In this document: positions 46,247-56,074 of the stretch, piece by piece
Layout: each line of letters opens with the position of its first letter
Position numbering within the stretch: the first letter of the stretch is position 1
Source: a virus
IMG/VR virus record: IMGVR_UViG_3300046777_001606
Location: 32,001-96,000 of that record
Strand: one strand, 5' to 3'
DNA: 64,000 bases
The notes under the pieces: generated by a model
What the model was told of the DNA's origin: nothing
Seen by the model: only the letters and a program-made list of their open reading frames with translations
Databases searched by the model: none
Translations under genes and position numbers: made by a program

Positions 46247-48475
46247 ATGGCGACTCCTCAATTATCTCCAGGTGTAATTACCAGAGAGGTTGATTTAACT
46301 GTTGGGAGAGCTGATAATGTTTTAGAAAACATTGGTGCTATTGCTGGTCCCTTTGCAATTGGACCTGTTGATGAACCCACAACAATTACAACCGAACAAG
46401 AGTTAATCAATACATTCGGAAAACCAATATCTACTGATAGTCAGTATGAATATTGGATGACAGCATCATCATATCTTTCATATGGTGGAGTTCTTAAGGT
46501 CGTAAGAACAAGTGGATCAACATTGAAGAATTCAAATGCTGGTGTTGGAGCTGCTAATACAACTTCATTAAAAATTGATAACTTTGATGATTATAGCACA
46601 AACCACTCAGGTCCATCTGCAGATTATACATATGCGTCAAAAAACCCAGGATCTTGGGCAAATGATTTGAAAGTATGTTTTATCGATGACCTAGGAGATC
46701 AAATTCTTGGAGTTACAACTACAGATCTGGCAAATTTTGGAGCAGTAATTGGTGCTGGAGCTACTACACCAATTACTGCGAATATTCCACAATCTGATGG
46801 AACTGTATTAACTTTTCAAGGATACTTAAAAGGTATCGTTACTGGAGTATCTACAGACACCTCTGCTGGAGCAAGTAAAGTAACTGTTAAAATTGTATCT
46901 AGAGTTTCTAGTACTGGTGCAGAAACAAAAATTTCTTATGGGAAGGATACATCTTATGCAGGATTTTTTGTCGGATGCGACTTAAAATTTGTTAATTCAT
47001 CAGGTGTTGTAGGTAATGGCAATACTACTTGTGCATGTACAACGGTTGATGATTGGTATGATCAACAAACTCTCGGATTAACTAATAGCACAATCTATTG
47101 GAAATCTATTGCGCCAAAACCAGTAACTACTAATTCTGCATTAGAATCAAACTCTAGAAATGATGCCCTCCATGTTGTTTTAGTTGATGATACTGGAAGA
47201 GTTACTGGTGTAAAAGGAAATTTAGTAGAAAAGCATTTAAATCTGTCGAAGGCTGTAGATGCAGTTTCTAGCGAAAATTCTCCTACAAAAATTTGGTATA
47301 AAGATTACCTAAGTCTGTATTCAAATTACATTTATGCGGGATACAATCCATCAAATGGTTCGGATGGATATTGGGGAACACACCCAACAGCAACTGGATT
47401 TACAACATATTCGGGAATACCTTCAGCATCATTTACAGCAATTTCTACCGCCAGTGGTCTCTGGGGACAAAAATCTCAAGGTGTAGAATTTAGCGCAATA
47501 GGCAACAAAACTTATACATTAAGGGGTGGAGTTGACTATCAATCAAATGGCGGAATGCTTGCTCAACTTTCGGATCTTGTTGCTTCATATGATTTATTCT
47601 CAAATAAAGATCGTTATTCCGTAGATTTTATTTTAGGAGGTCCAGGACTTACTGTTGAATCAGATTCTCAAGCAAAAGCTGCTAAATTAATATCAATCGC
47701 AGAATCGAGAAAAGATTGTATAGCAGTTATTTCCCCAAATTCAGCTAGTGTATTGAACATAACAAATTCAAACACTCAAACTAAAAATGTATGTGAATTT
47801 TTCTCAGGAATTAATGCATCAATAACATCATCATCTTATGCAGTGTTTGATTCTGGTTACAAATACATGTATGATAGATTTAACAATGCATTTGAATATG
47901 TTCCATGTAATGGTGATGTTGCTGGATTAATGGTTAGATCATCTCTCAATTCATACCCATGGGTTTCTCCAGCAGGGCAACAAAGAGGAGTTCTTAACAA
48001 TGCAATTAAATTAGCATACAATCCATCCAAAGATGAGAGAGACACTTTATACACCTCAAGAGTAAATCCAATTATTAACCAGCCTGGTGTTGGTATTATT
48101 TTATATGGCGATAAAACAGCAGTGTCTTATGCTACAGCATTTGATAGAATTAATGTGAGAAGATTATTTATTGTTGTTGAAAAAGCACTTGAAAGAGCAG
48201 CTCAATCGCAACTTTTTGAGCTCAACGATGAAATAACCAGATCTAATTTTGTTAATACCGTTGAACCATATCTCAGAGATATTCAAGCAAAGAGAGGACT
48301 TTATGATTTCCGTGTTATCTGCGATCAAACAAATAACACTCCTGATGTAATTGATAATAATGAATTTAGAGCTGATATCTTCTTGAAGCCAACTAAGTCA
48401 ATTAATTATGTAACTTTAACTTTTGTAGCTACTCGCACAGGAGTTAGCTTTGAAGAAGTTACTGGTAGAGTTTAA
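46247..48475 (+). CDS. gp18: Tail sheath protein gp18
   Basis: LSPGVITREVDLT, PWVSPAG, FDRINVRRLF and KSINYVTLTFVATRTGVSFEE; late promoter AATAAATA at 46205-46212. Confidence 0.97.
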   Translation: MATPQLSPGVITREVDLTVGRADNVLENIGAIAGPFAIGPVDEPTTITTEQELINTFGKPISTDSQYEYWMTASSYLSYGGVLKVVRTSGSTLKNSNAGVGAANTTSLKIDNFDDYSTNHSGPSADYTYASKNPGSWANDLKVCFIDDLGDQILGVTTTDLANFGAVIGAGATTPITANIPQSDGTVLTFQGYLKGIVTGVSTDTSAGASKVTVKIVSRVSSTGAETKISYGKDTSYAGFFVGCDLKFVNSSGVVGNGNTTCACTTVDDWYDQQTLGLTNSTIYWKSIAPKPVTTNSALESNSRNDALHVVLVDDTGRVTGVKGNLVEKHLNLSKAVDAVSSENSPTKIWYKDYLSLYSNYIYAGYNPSNGSDGYWGTHPTATGFTTYSGIPSASFTAISTASGLWGQKSQGVEFSAIGNKTYTLRGGVDYQSNGGMLAQLSDLVASYDLFSNKDRYSVDFILGGPGLTVESDSQAKAAKLISIAESRKDCIAVISPNSASVLNITNSNTQTKNVCEFFSGINASITSSSYAVFDSGYKYMYDRFNNAFEYVPCNGDVAGLMVRSSLNSYPWVSPAGQQRGVLNNAIKLAYNPSKDERDTLYTSRVNPIINQPGVGIILYGDKTAVSYATAFDRINVRRLFIVVEKALERAAQSQLFELNDEITRSNFVNTVEPYLRDIQAKRGLYDFRVICDQTNNTPDVIDNNEFRADIFLKPTKSINYVTLTFVATRTGVSFEEVTGRV

Positions 48476-48512
48476 TTATTATCTAAATTAATTACAGAAG
48501 GAGGAATCCAAA

Positions 48513-49148
48513 ATGTCCACCCTAAGAACAATCACAAACTTTAAATCTAGATTAGCTGGTGGTGGTGCAAGACCCAACCTATTTGAAGTGACTATTCCAT
48601 CATTTCCAAGTGCAGCATTGGGCGCACAATGGGATAATGAAACATTTCAATTTTTATGCAAAGCAGCTGCTTTACCAGCATCAAATGTAGCACCAATCGA
48701 CATTCCATTTAGAGGTCGTATTTTAAAAGTTGCTGGAGACAGAACTTTTGATACTTGGACTGTTACCGTTATTAATGATGAAAATTTTAAATTAAGAACC
48801 GCATTTGAACTTTGGATGAACGGCATCAATAAACTTGATAATGCGACTGGAGCAACAAATCCAGCATCGTATATGACTAATGCAATTGTTCATCAACTTG
48901 GAAGAGGAGCAGGAACAAGAGAATCGACAACAAATAGTCAAGCATCTGGTGGATCATCAATTGCTCCTTTGAGAACTTATAAATTCTATGATATTTTCCC
49001 AACCAATATCTCCCAAATTGATCTTTCATATGATACTTCTGACACCATTGAAGAGTACACTGTAGAATTCCAAGTTCAGTACTGGACTGCAGGTAGCACT
49101 TCTGATAATGGTGGAGCAACTGACGCAACTAACGTTGTAATAAGATAA
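48513..49148 (+). CDS. gp19: Tail tube protein gp19
   Basis: GGGARPNLFEV, FRGRILKVAGDRTFDTWTVT and IEEYTVEFQVQYW; GGAGG ribosome-binding site. Confidence 0.95.
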   Translation: MSTLRTITNFKSRLAGGGARPNLFEVTIPSFPSAALGAQWDNETFQFLCKAAALPASNVAPIDIPFRGRILKVAGDRTFDTWTVTVINDENFKLRTAFELWMNGINKLDNATGATNPASYMTNAIVHQLGRGAGTRESTTNSQASGGSSIAPLRTYKFYDIFPTNISQIDLSYDTSDTIEEYTVEFQVQYWTAGSTSDNGGATDATNVVIR

Positions 49149-49178
49149 TAAATAGTAGAAAGAAACTTTTAATTAATA

Positions 49179-50876
49179 ATGGCAAAATTATTTGGATTTT
49201 CTATTGAGGACACAGATCCAGTATCTCAGACTACAGTATCACCCGTCCCCCCTAATAGTGAGGACGGGTCTGATTTTTATCTGAGTAGTGGATTTTTTGG
49301 TTCTTATGTAGATATTGAGGGTGTTTACAGAACAGAATTTGACTTAATTAAAAGATATCGTGAAATGGCTCTTCACCCAGAGTGTGATAGTGCTATTGAA
49401 GATATCGTCAATGAAGCAATCGTTTCAGATTCTGATGATAGTCCCGTTACTATAGAGTTATCTAATTTGAATGCCAGTGATGGAATAAAGAAAAAAATTA
49501 GAGAGGAATTTAAATATTTACTTGAACTTTTAGATTTTGATAGAAAATCTCACGAGATCTATAGAAATTGGTATGTTGATGGTAGACTCTATTATCATAA
49601 GGTAATTGATCTTAAGAAACCTGAGGAGGGTATTCAGGAATTAAGATATATTGATGCGATGAAAATTCGTTATGTTAGGCAGCAAAAAAGGACAAAAAAC
49701 CAGGGACAAATGAGGTTGGCTAACATGAACCAACCAAACCCAATGGAATATGAATTTCCAGAAATTGAAGAGTATTTTGTATACAATCCAAAAATGTCTT
49801 ATCCAACTTCAAACCCAGCTGCAATGGGTGGTGAAGCGGGAATCAAAATGTCTAGAGATTCGGTCACATATTGTACTTCTGGATTAGTAGATAGAAATAA
49901 AGGATCAACATTATCTTACCTACACAAAGCAATCAAATCTCTCAATCAATTAAGAATGATTGAAGATAGTCTTGTAATTTACAGACTATCAAGAGCACCA
50001 GAACGTCGTATTTTTTATATTGATGTTGGCAATCTTCCAAAGGTAAAGGCAGAGCAATACCTTCGTGATGTTATGATGAGATATAGAAACAAATTAGTTT
50101 ATGATGCAAGTACCGGAGAAGTTAGAGACGATAAAAAATTCATGAGTATGCTTGAAGATTTTTGGTTACCTCGCCGTGAAGGTGGTAGAGGAACTGAGAT
50201 CACAACACTTCCCGGTGGACAAAATCTTGGAGAAATAACTGATATTGAATATTTTAAAAAGAAATTATATCGCTCGCTTAATGTACCCCCATCAAGAATG
50301 GATGGTGAAGGTGGATTTAATCTTGGACGTTCTTCTGAAATTTTAAGAGATGAGCTTAAGTTCACAAAATTTGTTTCTCGCCTGAGAAAAAGATTCTCAG
50401 CAATGTTCAATGATATGCTAAGAACTCAACTTTTACTCAAAAATATTATTACTCCAGAAGACTGGCAGATAATGGAAGAACATATTCAATATGATTTTCT
50501 ATATGATAATCATTTTTCAGAATTAAAAGATGCAGAACTTTTATCTGAAAGATTAAATATGGTTGCAACTGCCGAACCTTATGTCGGCAAATATTATTCA
50601 CAAGATTATGTCCGCAGAAAAATACTGAGACAAACTGATGCTGAAATTTTGGAGCAAGATGCACTCATTGAAAAAGAAATTAAAGATGGTATTATCCCAG
50701 ATCCAAATGCTCCCATAGATCCAATGACTGGACAACCATTAGATCCTAGCACTGCAAATATGGACCTTGGTCAACCAGTAATGGAACCAAATACAGATGG
50801 AGTAAAAGATGGAGGATCAACTGAGGTAAATGGATCCTCAGCTGAAATGCCCAAACCTAGAGGTGGTAAGATATAA
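49179..50876 (+). CDS. gp20: Portal vertex protein gp20
   Basis: YRLSRAPERRIFYIDVGNLPK and EDFWLPRREGGRGTEITTLPGGQNLG. Confidence 0.97.
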   Translation: MAKLFGFSIEDTDPVSQTTVSPVPPNSEDGSDFYLSSGFFGSYVDIEGVYRTEFDLIKRYREMALHPECDSAIEDIVNEAIVSDSDDSPVTIELSNLNASDGIKKKIREEFKYLLELLDFDRKSHEIYRNWYVDGRLYYHKVIDLKKPEEGIQELRYIDAMKIRYVRQQKRTKNQGQMRLANMNQPNPMEYEFPEIEEYFVYNPKMSYPTSNPAAMGGEAGIKMSRDSVTYCTSGLVDRNKGSTLSYLHKAIKSLNQLRMIEDSLVIYRLSRAPERRIFYIDVGNLPKVKAEQYLRDVMMRYRNKLVYDASTGEVRDDKKFMSMLEDFWLPRREGGRGTEITTLPGGQNLGEITDIEYFKKKLYRSLNVPPSRMDGEGGFNLGRSSEILRDELKFTKFVSRLRKRFSAMFNDMLRTQLLLKNIITPEDWQIMEEHIQYDFLYDNHFSELKDAELLSERLNMVATAEPYVGKYYSQDYVRRKILRQTDAEILEQDALIEKEIKDGIIPDPNAPIDPMTGQPLDPSTANMDLGQPVMEPNTDGVKDGGSTEVNGSSAEMPKPRGGKI

Positions 50877-50879
50877 ATA
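50872..50879 (+). promoter_or_regulatory. T4-type late promoter (TATAAATA)
   Basis: Exact consensus. nnTAAATA variants also precede other late genes (23677, 25154, 25506, 25867, 27565, 34772, 40795, 46205, 49147, 51082, 52337, 55060). Confidence 0.8.
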
Positions 50880-50908
50880 ATAAAGATTTAAATTAATGGT
50901 ATAGATCT

Positions 50909-51079
50909 ATGGATGAATTGTTAGATATGATTATTGCTGATGAAAAACCTTCACATATCAGCGATAAAATTAAAGATTTACTCTTTACAAAAGCGGCAGA
51001 AAAAATAGATTCATATAAACCAACCGTTGCAACATCTCTTTTTGGAGAAGTTGAGGAAGAAACATCCGAAGAAGAGTGA
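50909..51079 (+). CDS. 56-aa acidic prohead core protein, gp67-like (not in ORF track)
   Basis: Hand translation: MDELLDMIIADEKPSHISDKIKDLLFTKAAEKIDSYKPTVATSLFGEVEEETSEEE; position after g20 matches g67. Confidence 0.7.
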   Translation: MDELLDMIIADEKPSHISDKIKDLLFTKAAEKIDSYKPTVATSLFGEVEEETSEEE

Positions 51080-51114
51080 TTGATAAATAATTAGTAAATG
51101 AATTTCTAAGAATA

Positions 51115-51681
51115 ATGGCTCATAGACCAGTTGGAGCAGGGATTTCTCTATCAACCACAGCAACTGCAGCAGCAACTACTTCTTTTACTGTCCAATCGGA
51201 TGTTTTAAGAGTTGCTGCTGTTACGGCAGGTGCATTTGTAGCTATTGGAACTAATCCAACAGCCACTACTACAGATTATTATGTTCCAGCAGGAACAACA
51301 GCAACTTTAGCATTATCTAAAGGATCAAACAGGGTTGTTGGTATTACTACTGGTACAACTACTATTGTTGATTTTCCAGAAGGAACTCAATGTCCTTTTG
51401 GTGTTGGTGAATTTGTTACTTTATCTACTGGCTCTGCAACACAGTCATATCATAATATTACACATGCTGCAGTTCAATCAGTTGATACAACATCAGGTGT
51501 AAATGGATATCATCAAACTCGTTGCACTCTAAACCATAATAGTAGTGGTGTTGTTACTGCATTTAATGCGGGATTATCTCCAGATGCTGTTTTGAGAACG
51601 TCTCTAAGATTATCAGCCAGAACAGAAGGTGGATCTGGCGTTGTTTATGTTCAACAAGTTCAAATTAGCGGTCAAGCGTAA
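51115..51681 (+). CDS. Conserved hypothetical virion protein
   Basis: 188-aa Thr/Gly-rich beta protein between g20 and g21, with its own late promoter. Confidence 0.65.
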   Translation: MAHRPVGAGISLSTTATAAATTSFTVQSDVLRVAAVTAGAFVAIGTNPTATTTDYYVPAGTTATLALSKGSNRVVGITTGTTTIVDFPEGTQCPFGVGEFVTLSTGSATQSYHNITHAAVQSVDTTSGVNGYHQTRCTLNHNSSGVVTAFNAGLSPDAVLRTSLRLSARTEGGSGVVYVQQVQISGQA

Positions 51682-51682
51682 A

Positions 51683-52333
51683 ATGAAACTAATCACAGAA
51701 GAAATCGAATCAGTAGAATTTATTGTCGAAGAAAACGACGGTAAAAAATCTTTGTATATTGAGGGAATTTTTCTTCAAGGCGATATTAAAAATCGCAATG
51801 GTAGAATGTATCCTATGGAAACTCTCCGCCGCGAGGTTGCCAGATATACTGAGAATCACATTTCTGCAGGCAGAGCACTTGGAGAACTTGGACACCCTGA
51901 TGGTCCAACTGTAAATTTAGATAGAGTATCTCACAAAATTGTTTCCTTAAAAGAAAGTGGATCAAACTTTGTAGGCAAAGCAAAAATTTTGAATACTCCA
52001 ATGGGAAAAATTGCGTCTTCTTTAATTGAAGAAGGTGTAAAGCTTGGTGTTTCTTCTCGTGGTATTGGATCCCTTACAATAAGTCGTGAAGGAGTCAATG
52101 TTGTTGGTAACGACTTTATGCTAGCAACTGCTGCTGATATTGTAGCAGATCCTTCAGCCCCTGATGCTTTTGTTGAAGGAATTATGGAAGGTAAAGAGTG
52201 GGTTTGGGACGGTGGAATACTTAGAGAAAAGTTTGCACAAAAAACATATAAGAGAATTAATACTTTAGTTGATCAAAAAAGACTTGAAGAGCAGAAATTA
52301 AATCTATTTAATGATTTTCTTTCAAATTTATAA
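51683..52333 (+). CDS. gp21: Prohead protease gp21
   Basis: True start is MKLITEE at 51683; NRNGRMYP, ALGELGHP, LGVSSRG and DIVADPSAPDAFV. Confidence 0.95.
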   Translation: MKLITEEIESVEFIVEENDGKKSLYIEGIFLQGDIKNRNGRMYPMETLRREVARYTENHISAGRALGELGHPDGPTVNLDRVSHKIVSLKESGSNFVGKAKILNTPMGKIASSLIEEGVKLGVSSRGIGSLTISREGVNVVGNDFMLATAADIVADPSAPDAFVEGIMEGKEWVWDGGILREKFAQKTYKRINTLVDQKRLEEQKLNLFNDFLSNL

Positions 52334-52381
52334 ATTGATAAATAAATATAGATTAAATTAGAGGTTAATCGGAGAGTTCAA

Positions 52382-53524
52382 ATGTCTCGTGGAGATTTAC
52401 AAGAAATGGAAGTAGGCACTAAGCAATCCAAAACTGCCGTAAACGCAAATGCTAAGGCTGCAGAATCTGCACCTTCTTTAAGTGGTGCAACCCCAGGACA
52501 AACTGGTAGTTGGGAAGATCTTGGTGGACCTGATCCTTCAAACTACAAGTCAACCGACGATTCAGCAAAGCTGAAGACTCCTGGCGCAACACTTAAGCAA
52601 GTTAAAGATATTGTGAATAAGGGTGCAAAACCTGCAATGGCTGCTGCGGGAGTTAAGGAAGAGAATGAAGAAGATGATGAACTCTTAGAGGAAACTGAAG
52701 AGAAAGAAGAAGAAATCTTAGAAGCTAAGAAAGAGGAAGAGAAAGAAGAAAAAGAAAAAGACGAAGACGAAGAAGAGGACGAAGAAGAGGAAGTGAAGGA
52801 AGAGTATAGCATCGATGAAGATGTTAACGCTCTTATTGGTAATGAAGATCTTTCAGAAGAGTTTAAAGAAAAGGCAAAGACCATTTTTGAAGCTGCTCTG
52901 AAGTCAAAGGTTAATGAAGTAAAAGAAGCTCTAGAGGCTCAATACGAGCAACAACTTCTTGAAGAAGTTGAATCAATTAAAGAAGAAATTAAGGATCGTT
53001 TAGATTCTTATCTTGAGTATGTTGCAGAAGAGTGGTTTACAGAAAACGCTCTTGCAATTGAGCACGGTCTTAAGACTGAAATGACCGAATCATTCCTCCA
53101 AGGAATGAAAGGTCTTTTTGAAGAACATTATGTATCAATCCCTGAAGATAAATATGATGTACTTGATAGCATGGTACAAAAACTTGATGAAATGGAAGAA
53201 AAACTCAACGAGCAGATTGAGAAAAACATTTCACTCAACAAGCGTCTCGCAGAGTCGGTTGCTGATGGAATTCTAGATCAAGTTTCTGAGGGTCTTGCGG
53301 CTACTCAGAAAGAAAAGCTCGCTTCACTTGCCGAAAGTGTTGAGTTTGAAAGTGAAGAAGAATATCGTGAAAAACTGGAGATGCTGAAGGAATCATATTT
53401 CCCAGCAGGTAAGTCTCCATCCGCTAAAACCGAAAGTCTTTCGGAGCAAGTAGACAGTTCACCAGAATCTATGACTGGTACAATGGCTGCCTACCTGAAG
53501 ACTCTTTCAGCATTTAGCAAATAA
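52382..53524 (+). CDS. gp22: Prohead core scaffold gp22
   Basis: Acidic coiled coil; LSEEFKEKAKTIFEAA and YLEYVAEEW. Confidence 0.92.
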   Translation: MSRGDLQEMEVGTKQSKTAVNANAKAAESAPSLSGATPGQTGSWEDLGGPDPSNYKSTDDSAKLKTPGATLKQVKDIVNKGAKPAMAAAGVKEENEEDDELLEETEEKEEEILEAKKEEEKEEKEKDEDEEEDEEEEVKEEYSIDEDVNALIGNEDLSEEFKEKAKTIFEAALKSKVNEVKEALEAQYEQQLLEEVESIKEEIKDRLDSYLEYVAEEWFTENALAIEHGLKTEMTESFLQGMKGLFEEHYVSIPEDKYDVLDSMVQKLDEMEEKLNEQIEKNISLNKRLAESVADGILDQVSEGLAATQKEKLASLAESVEFESEEEYREKLEMLKESYFPAGKSPSAKTESLSEQVDSSPESMTGTMAAYLKTLSAFSK

Positions 53525-53578
53525 TTGAATTTAATATAATTCAAACCCAAACAGTCACACTAAAAAAGGTAAACGCAA

Positions 53579-55009
53579 ATGTTCCATTCAGAGCATCTGC
53601 AGGAAAAGTGGGCACCTCTCCTCAACTATGAGGGTCTTGATCCAATCAAAGATTCCCATCGTAGAGCGGTAACCGCCGTCCTGTTAGAAAACCAAGAAAG
53701 ATTTTTAAGAGAGCAATCTGCTTTCGAAAGCACCGGTTCATTCCTGACCGAAGCTCCAACCAACGCAACTAACTCTGGAACCAATCCTGGTTTCTCGGGA
53801 ACAGCTGCTGCTGGTGGTCCTACTGCAGGTTTTGACCCTGTTCTGATCTCACTGATCAGACGTTCAATGCCTAACCTGATCGCCTATGATATTGCAGGCG
53901 TTCAGCCAATGAGCGGTCCTACTGGACTCATCTTCGCAATGCGTTCACGCTACACCAACCAGAGCGGAACCGAGACCTTCTACAACGAAGTTGATTCGGC
54001 ATTCTCCGGTCAAGATTTCGGATTCGACGAAACCGATGGAATGACCGCTGTTAACTCTGGTATGGGTACTACTGCCCAGTCAGGCACCAATCCATCAGTT
54101 CTCAACCCAGTCGGTACTGCTGCATCCAACGGTTATAACGTTGGTCAAGGTATGCGTACTGATGCCGCTGAAGATCTTGACGGCACTACCACCAATGCAT
54201 TCAACCAGATGGCTTTCTCGATTGAGAAAGTCACCGTTACTGCAAAGTCAAGAGCTCTGAAAGCTGAGTACTCATTAGAACTCGCTCAAGACCTCAAGGC
54301 AATCCATGGTCTGAATGCTGAGGCTGAATTAGCAAACATTCTCTCGACCGAGATTCTTGCTGAAATCAACCGCGAAGTTATCAGAACCATCTATAAGGTT
54401 GCTGAGCAAGGTGCTGTCCAAAACACCGCTACCGCTGGTGTATTCGACCTCGACGTTGACTCCAATGGTCGTTGGTCAGTTGAGAAGTTCAAGGGTCTCC
54501 TGTTCCAAATCGAGCGTGATGCTAACGCAATCGCACAAAGAACTCGTCGCGGAAAGGGCAACATCATCCTGTGCTCTGCTGACGTTGCTTCAGCACTGAC
54601 CATGGCTGGTGTTCTCGATTACACCCCTGCACTCAACGCTAACCTCACCGTTGACGACACTGGTAACACCTTCGCTGGTGTTCTGCAAGGTAAGTATCGT
54701 GTTTATATCGATCCTTATGCTGCTAACCTGACCTCTGCTAATGCAGGACCTACAGGTGGTAACCAGTACTACGTTGTTGGTTATAAGGGTTCTTCACCTT
54801 ATGACGCAGGTCTCTTCTACTGCCCATATGTTCCTCTCCAAATGGTACGTGCCGTTGGTGAGAACTCCTTCCAGCCCAAGATTGGCTTCAAGACTCGTTA
54901 TGGTCTTGTTGCTAACCCATTCGCTGAAGGAACCAACCAAGGTCTTGGTGCTCTCACAGTTAACCAAAACCGTTACTACAGAAGAGTTGCTGTTAAGAAC
55001 CTCATGTGA
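53579..55009 (+). CDS. gp23: Major capsid protein gp23
   Basis: LQEKWAPLL, GVQPMSGPTGLIFAMR, KSRALKAEYSLELAQDLKAIHGL and FQPKIGFKTRYG; strong C-ending codon bias. Confidence 0.98.
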   Translation: MFHSEHLQEKWAPLLNYEGLDPIKDSHRRAVTAVLLENQERFLREQSAFESTGSFLTEAPTNATNSGTNPGFSGTAAAGGPTAGFDPVLISLIRRSMPNLIAYDIAGVQPMSGPTGLIFAMRSRYTNQSGTETFYNEVDSAFSGQDFGFDETDGMTAVNSGMGTTAQSGTNPSVLNPVGTAASNGYNVGQGMRTDAAEDLDGTTTNAFNQMAFSIEKVTVTAKSRALKAEYSLELAQDLKAIHGLNAEAELANILSTEILAEINREVIRTIYKVAEQGAVQNTATAGVFDLDVDSNGRWSVEKFKGLLFQIERDANAIAQRTRRGKGNIILCSADVASALTMAGVLDYTPALNANLTVDDTGNTFAGVLQGKYRVYIDPYAANLTSANAGPTGGNQYYVVGYKGSSPYDAGLFYCPYVPLQMVRAVGENSFQPKIGFKTRYGLVANPFAEGTNQGLGALTVNQNRYYRRVAVKNLM

Positions 55010-55031
55010 GTCATTCTTTACAGAAATCTTG

Positions 55032-55058
55032 GAGGGTCCCAAAGGACCCTCTTTTTTT
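55032..55058 (+). terminator. Rho-independent terminator after g23
   Basis: gagggtcc-caaa-ggaccctc followed by T7. Confidence 0.9.
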
Positions 55059-55076
55059 ATCTAAATAATTAGAAAA

Positions 55077-55640
55077 ATGTCTAGAAATGCATTTAGTAAG
55101 CAAATAGAGAATCGTAATTTTCTATCTCCTCTTGGTTTCAAATTTACTTTGAATAGGGCACCTAAGGTTGCATTCTTTTCAAATTCTGCAAACATACCAG
55201 GATTAACTCTTGGAGTAACAAGACAACCAAACTATTTGAAAGACATTGAAATTCCTGGGGATAAAATTGAATTTGAAGATTTTAGTCTCAGATTTTTGGT
55301 TGATGAAAATTTAGAAAATTATACGGAGATACAAAACTGGATTCGTGGTCTTGGATATCCAGAAAGTTTACAAGAAATTTATGATTTTCAAAGTCAAGGA
55401 GATTTGCCGGTAGATTCAAGTTCGCAACCACAACTTAATTTATTCTCAGATGGATCTTTGCAGATTCTCACAAGCAGAGAAAATCCACAGTTTAGAGTGA
55501 ATTTCAAAGATATGTTTCCATATAATCTTTCTTCACTTCAATTTGATGCAACGAGCAATGATATCGAATACTTTACTGCAGAGGTAACTTTCAAGTATAC
55601 TATTTACACTATTACTGATTTGGCTGGAAATAAAATATGA
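55077..55640 (+). CDS. gp3: Tail tube terminator/completion protein gp3
   Basis: NFLSPLGFKF, IPGDK and FLVDENLENY; syntenic after g23. Confidence 0.85.
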   Translation: MSRNAFSKQIENRNFLSPLGFKFTLNRAPKVAFFSNSANIPGLTLGVTRQPNYLKDIEIPGDKIEFEDFSLRFLVDENLENYTEIQNWIRGLGYPESLQEIYDFQSQGDLPVDSSSQPQLNLFSDGSLQILTSRENPQFRVNFKDMFPYNLSSLQFDATSNDIEYFTAEVTFKYTIYTITDLAGNKI

Positions 55641-56074
55641 CGTTTGATCTTGATTTGATTCAATCATTATGGGAAAAAGATTCTCAGATCGATCCAGATA
55701 ATTTACATACAGAATCTTTAAATATACCAACACTACATGCAAAATATTATCAAATATACAACAATATTCTTTTGTTAAAGAAAAAAGCAGAACAGCAAAA
55801 GAGAAATATTAGACATGAACGTTATGAGTATTATACGGGGAAAGCAGATCCAGATGTTTATGTAGAAGATCCTTTTCCAAAGAAAATCAGAGATAAAGAA
55901 ACTCTTCAAAAATATCTTGATGCTGATGAAAAACTTTCTCAAGTCTGTCTCAAAATTGAGTACTATGAAACTATGCTAAATTACTTAGAGAGTATTCTTA
56001 AAGTAATCCAAAATAGGACTTATCAAATTAAGAATGCAATCGAATTTATTAAGTTTCAGGCAGGGTATGGTTGA
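55637..56074 (+). CDS. uvsY: Recombination mediator UvsY
   Basis: WEKDSQID, IPTLHAKY, YLDADE and RTYQIKNAIE. Confidence 0.9.
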   Translation: MTFDLDLIQSLWEKDSQIDPDNLHTESLNIPTLHAKYYQIYNNILLLKKKAEQQKRNIRHERYEYYTGKADPDVYVEDPFPKKIRDKETLQKYLDADEKLSQVCLKIEYYETMLNYLESILKVIQNRTYQIKNAIEFIKFQAGYG

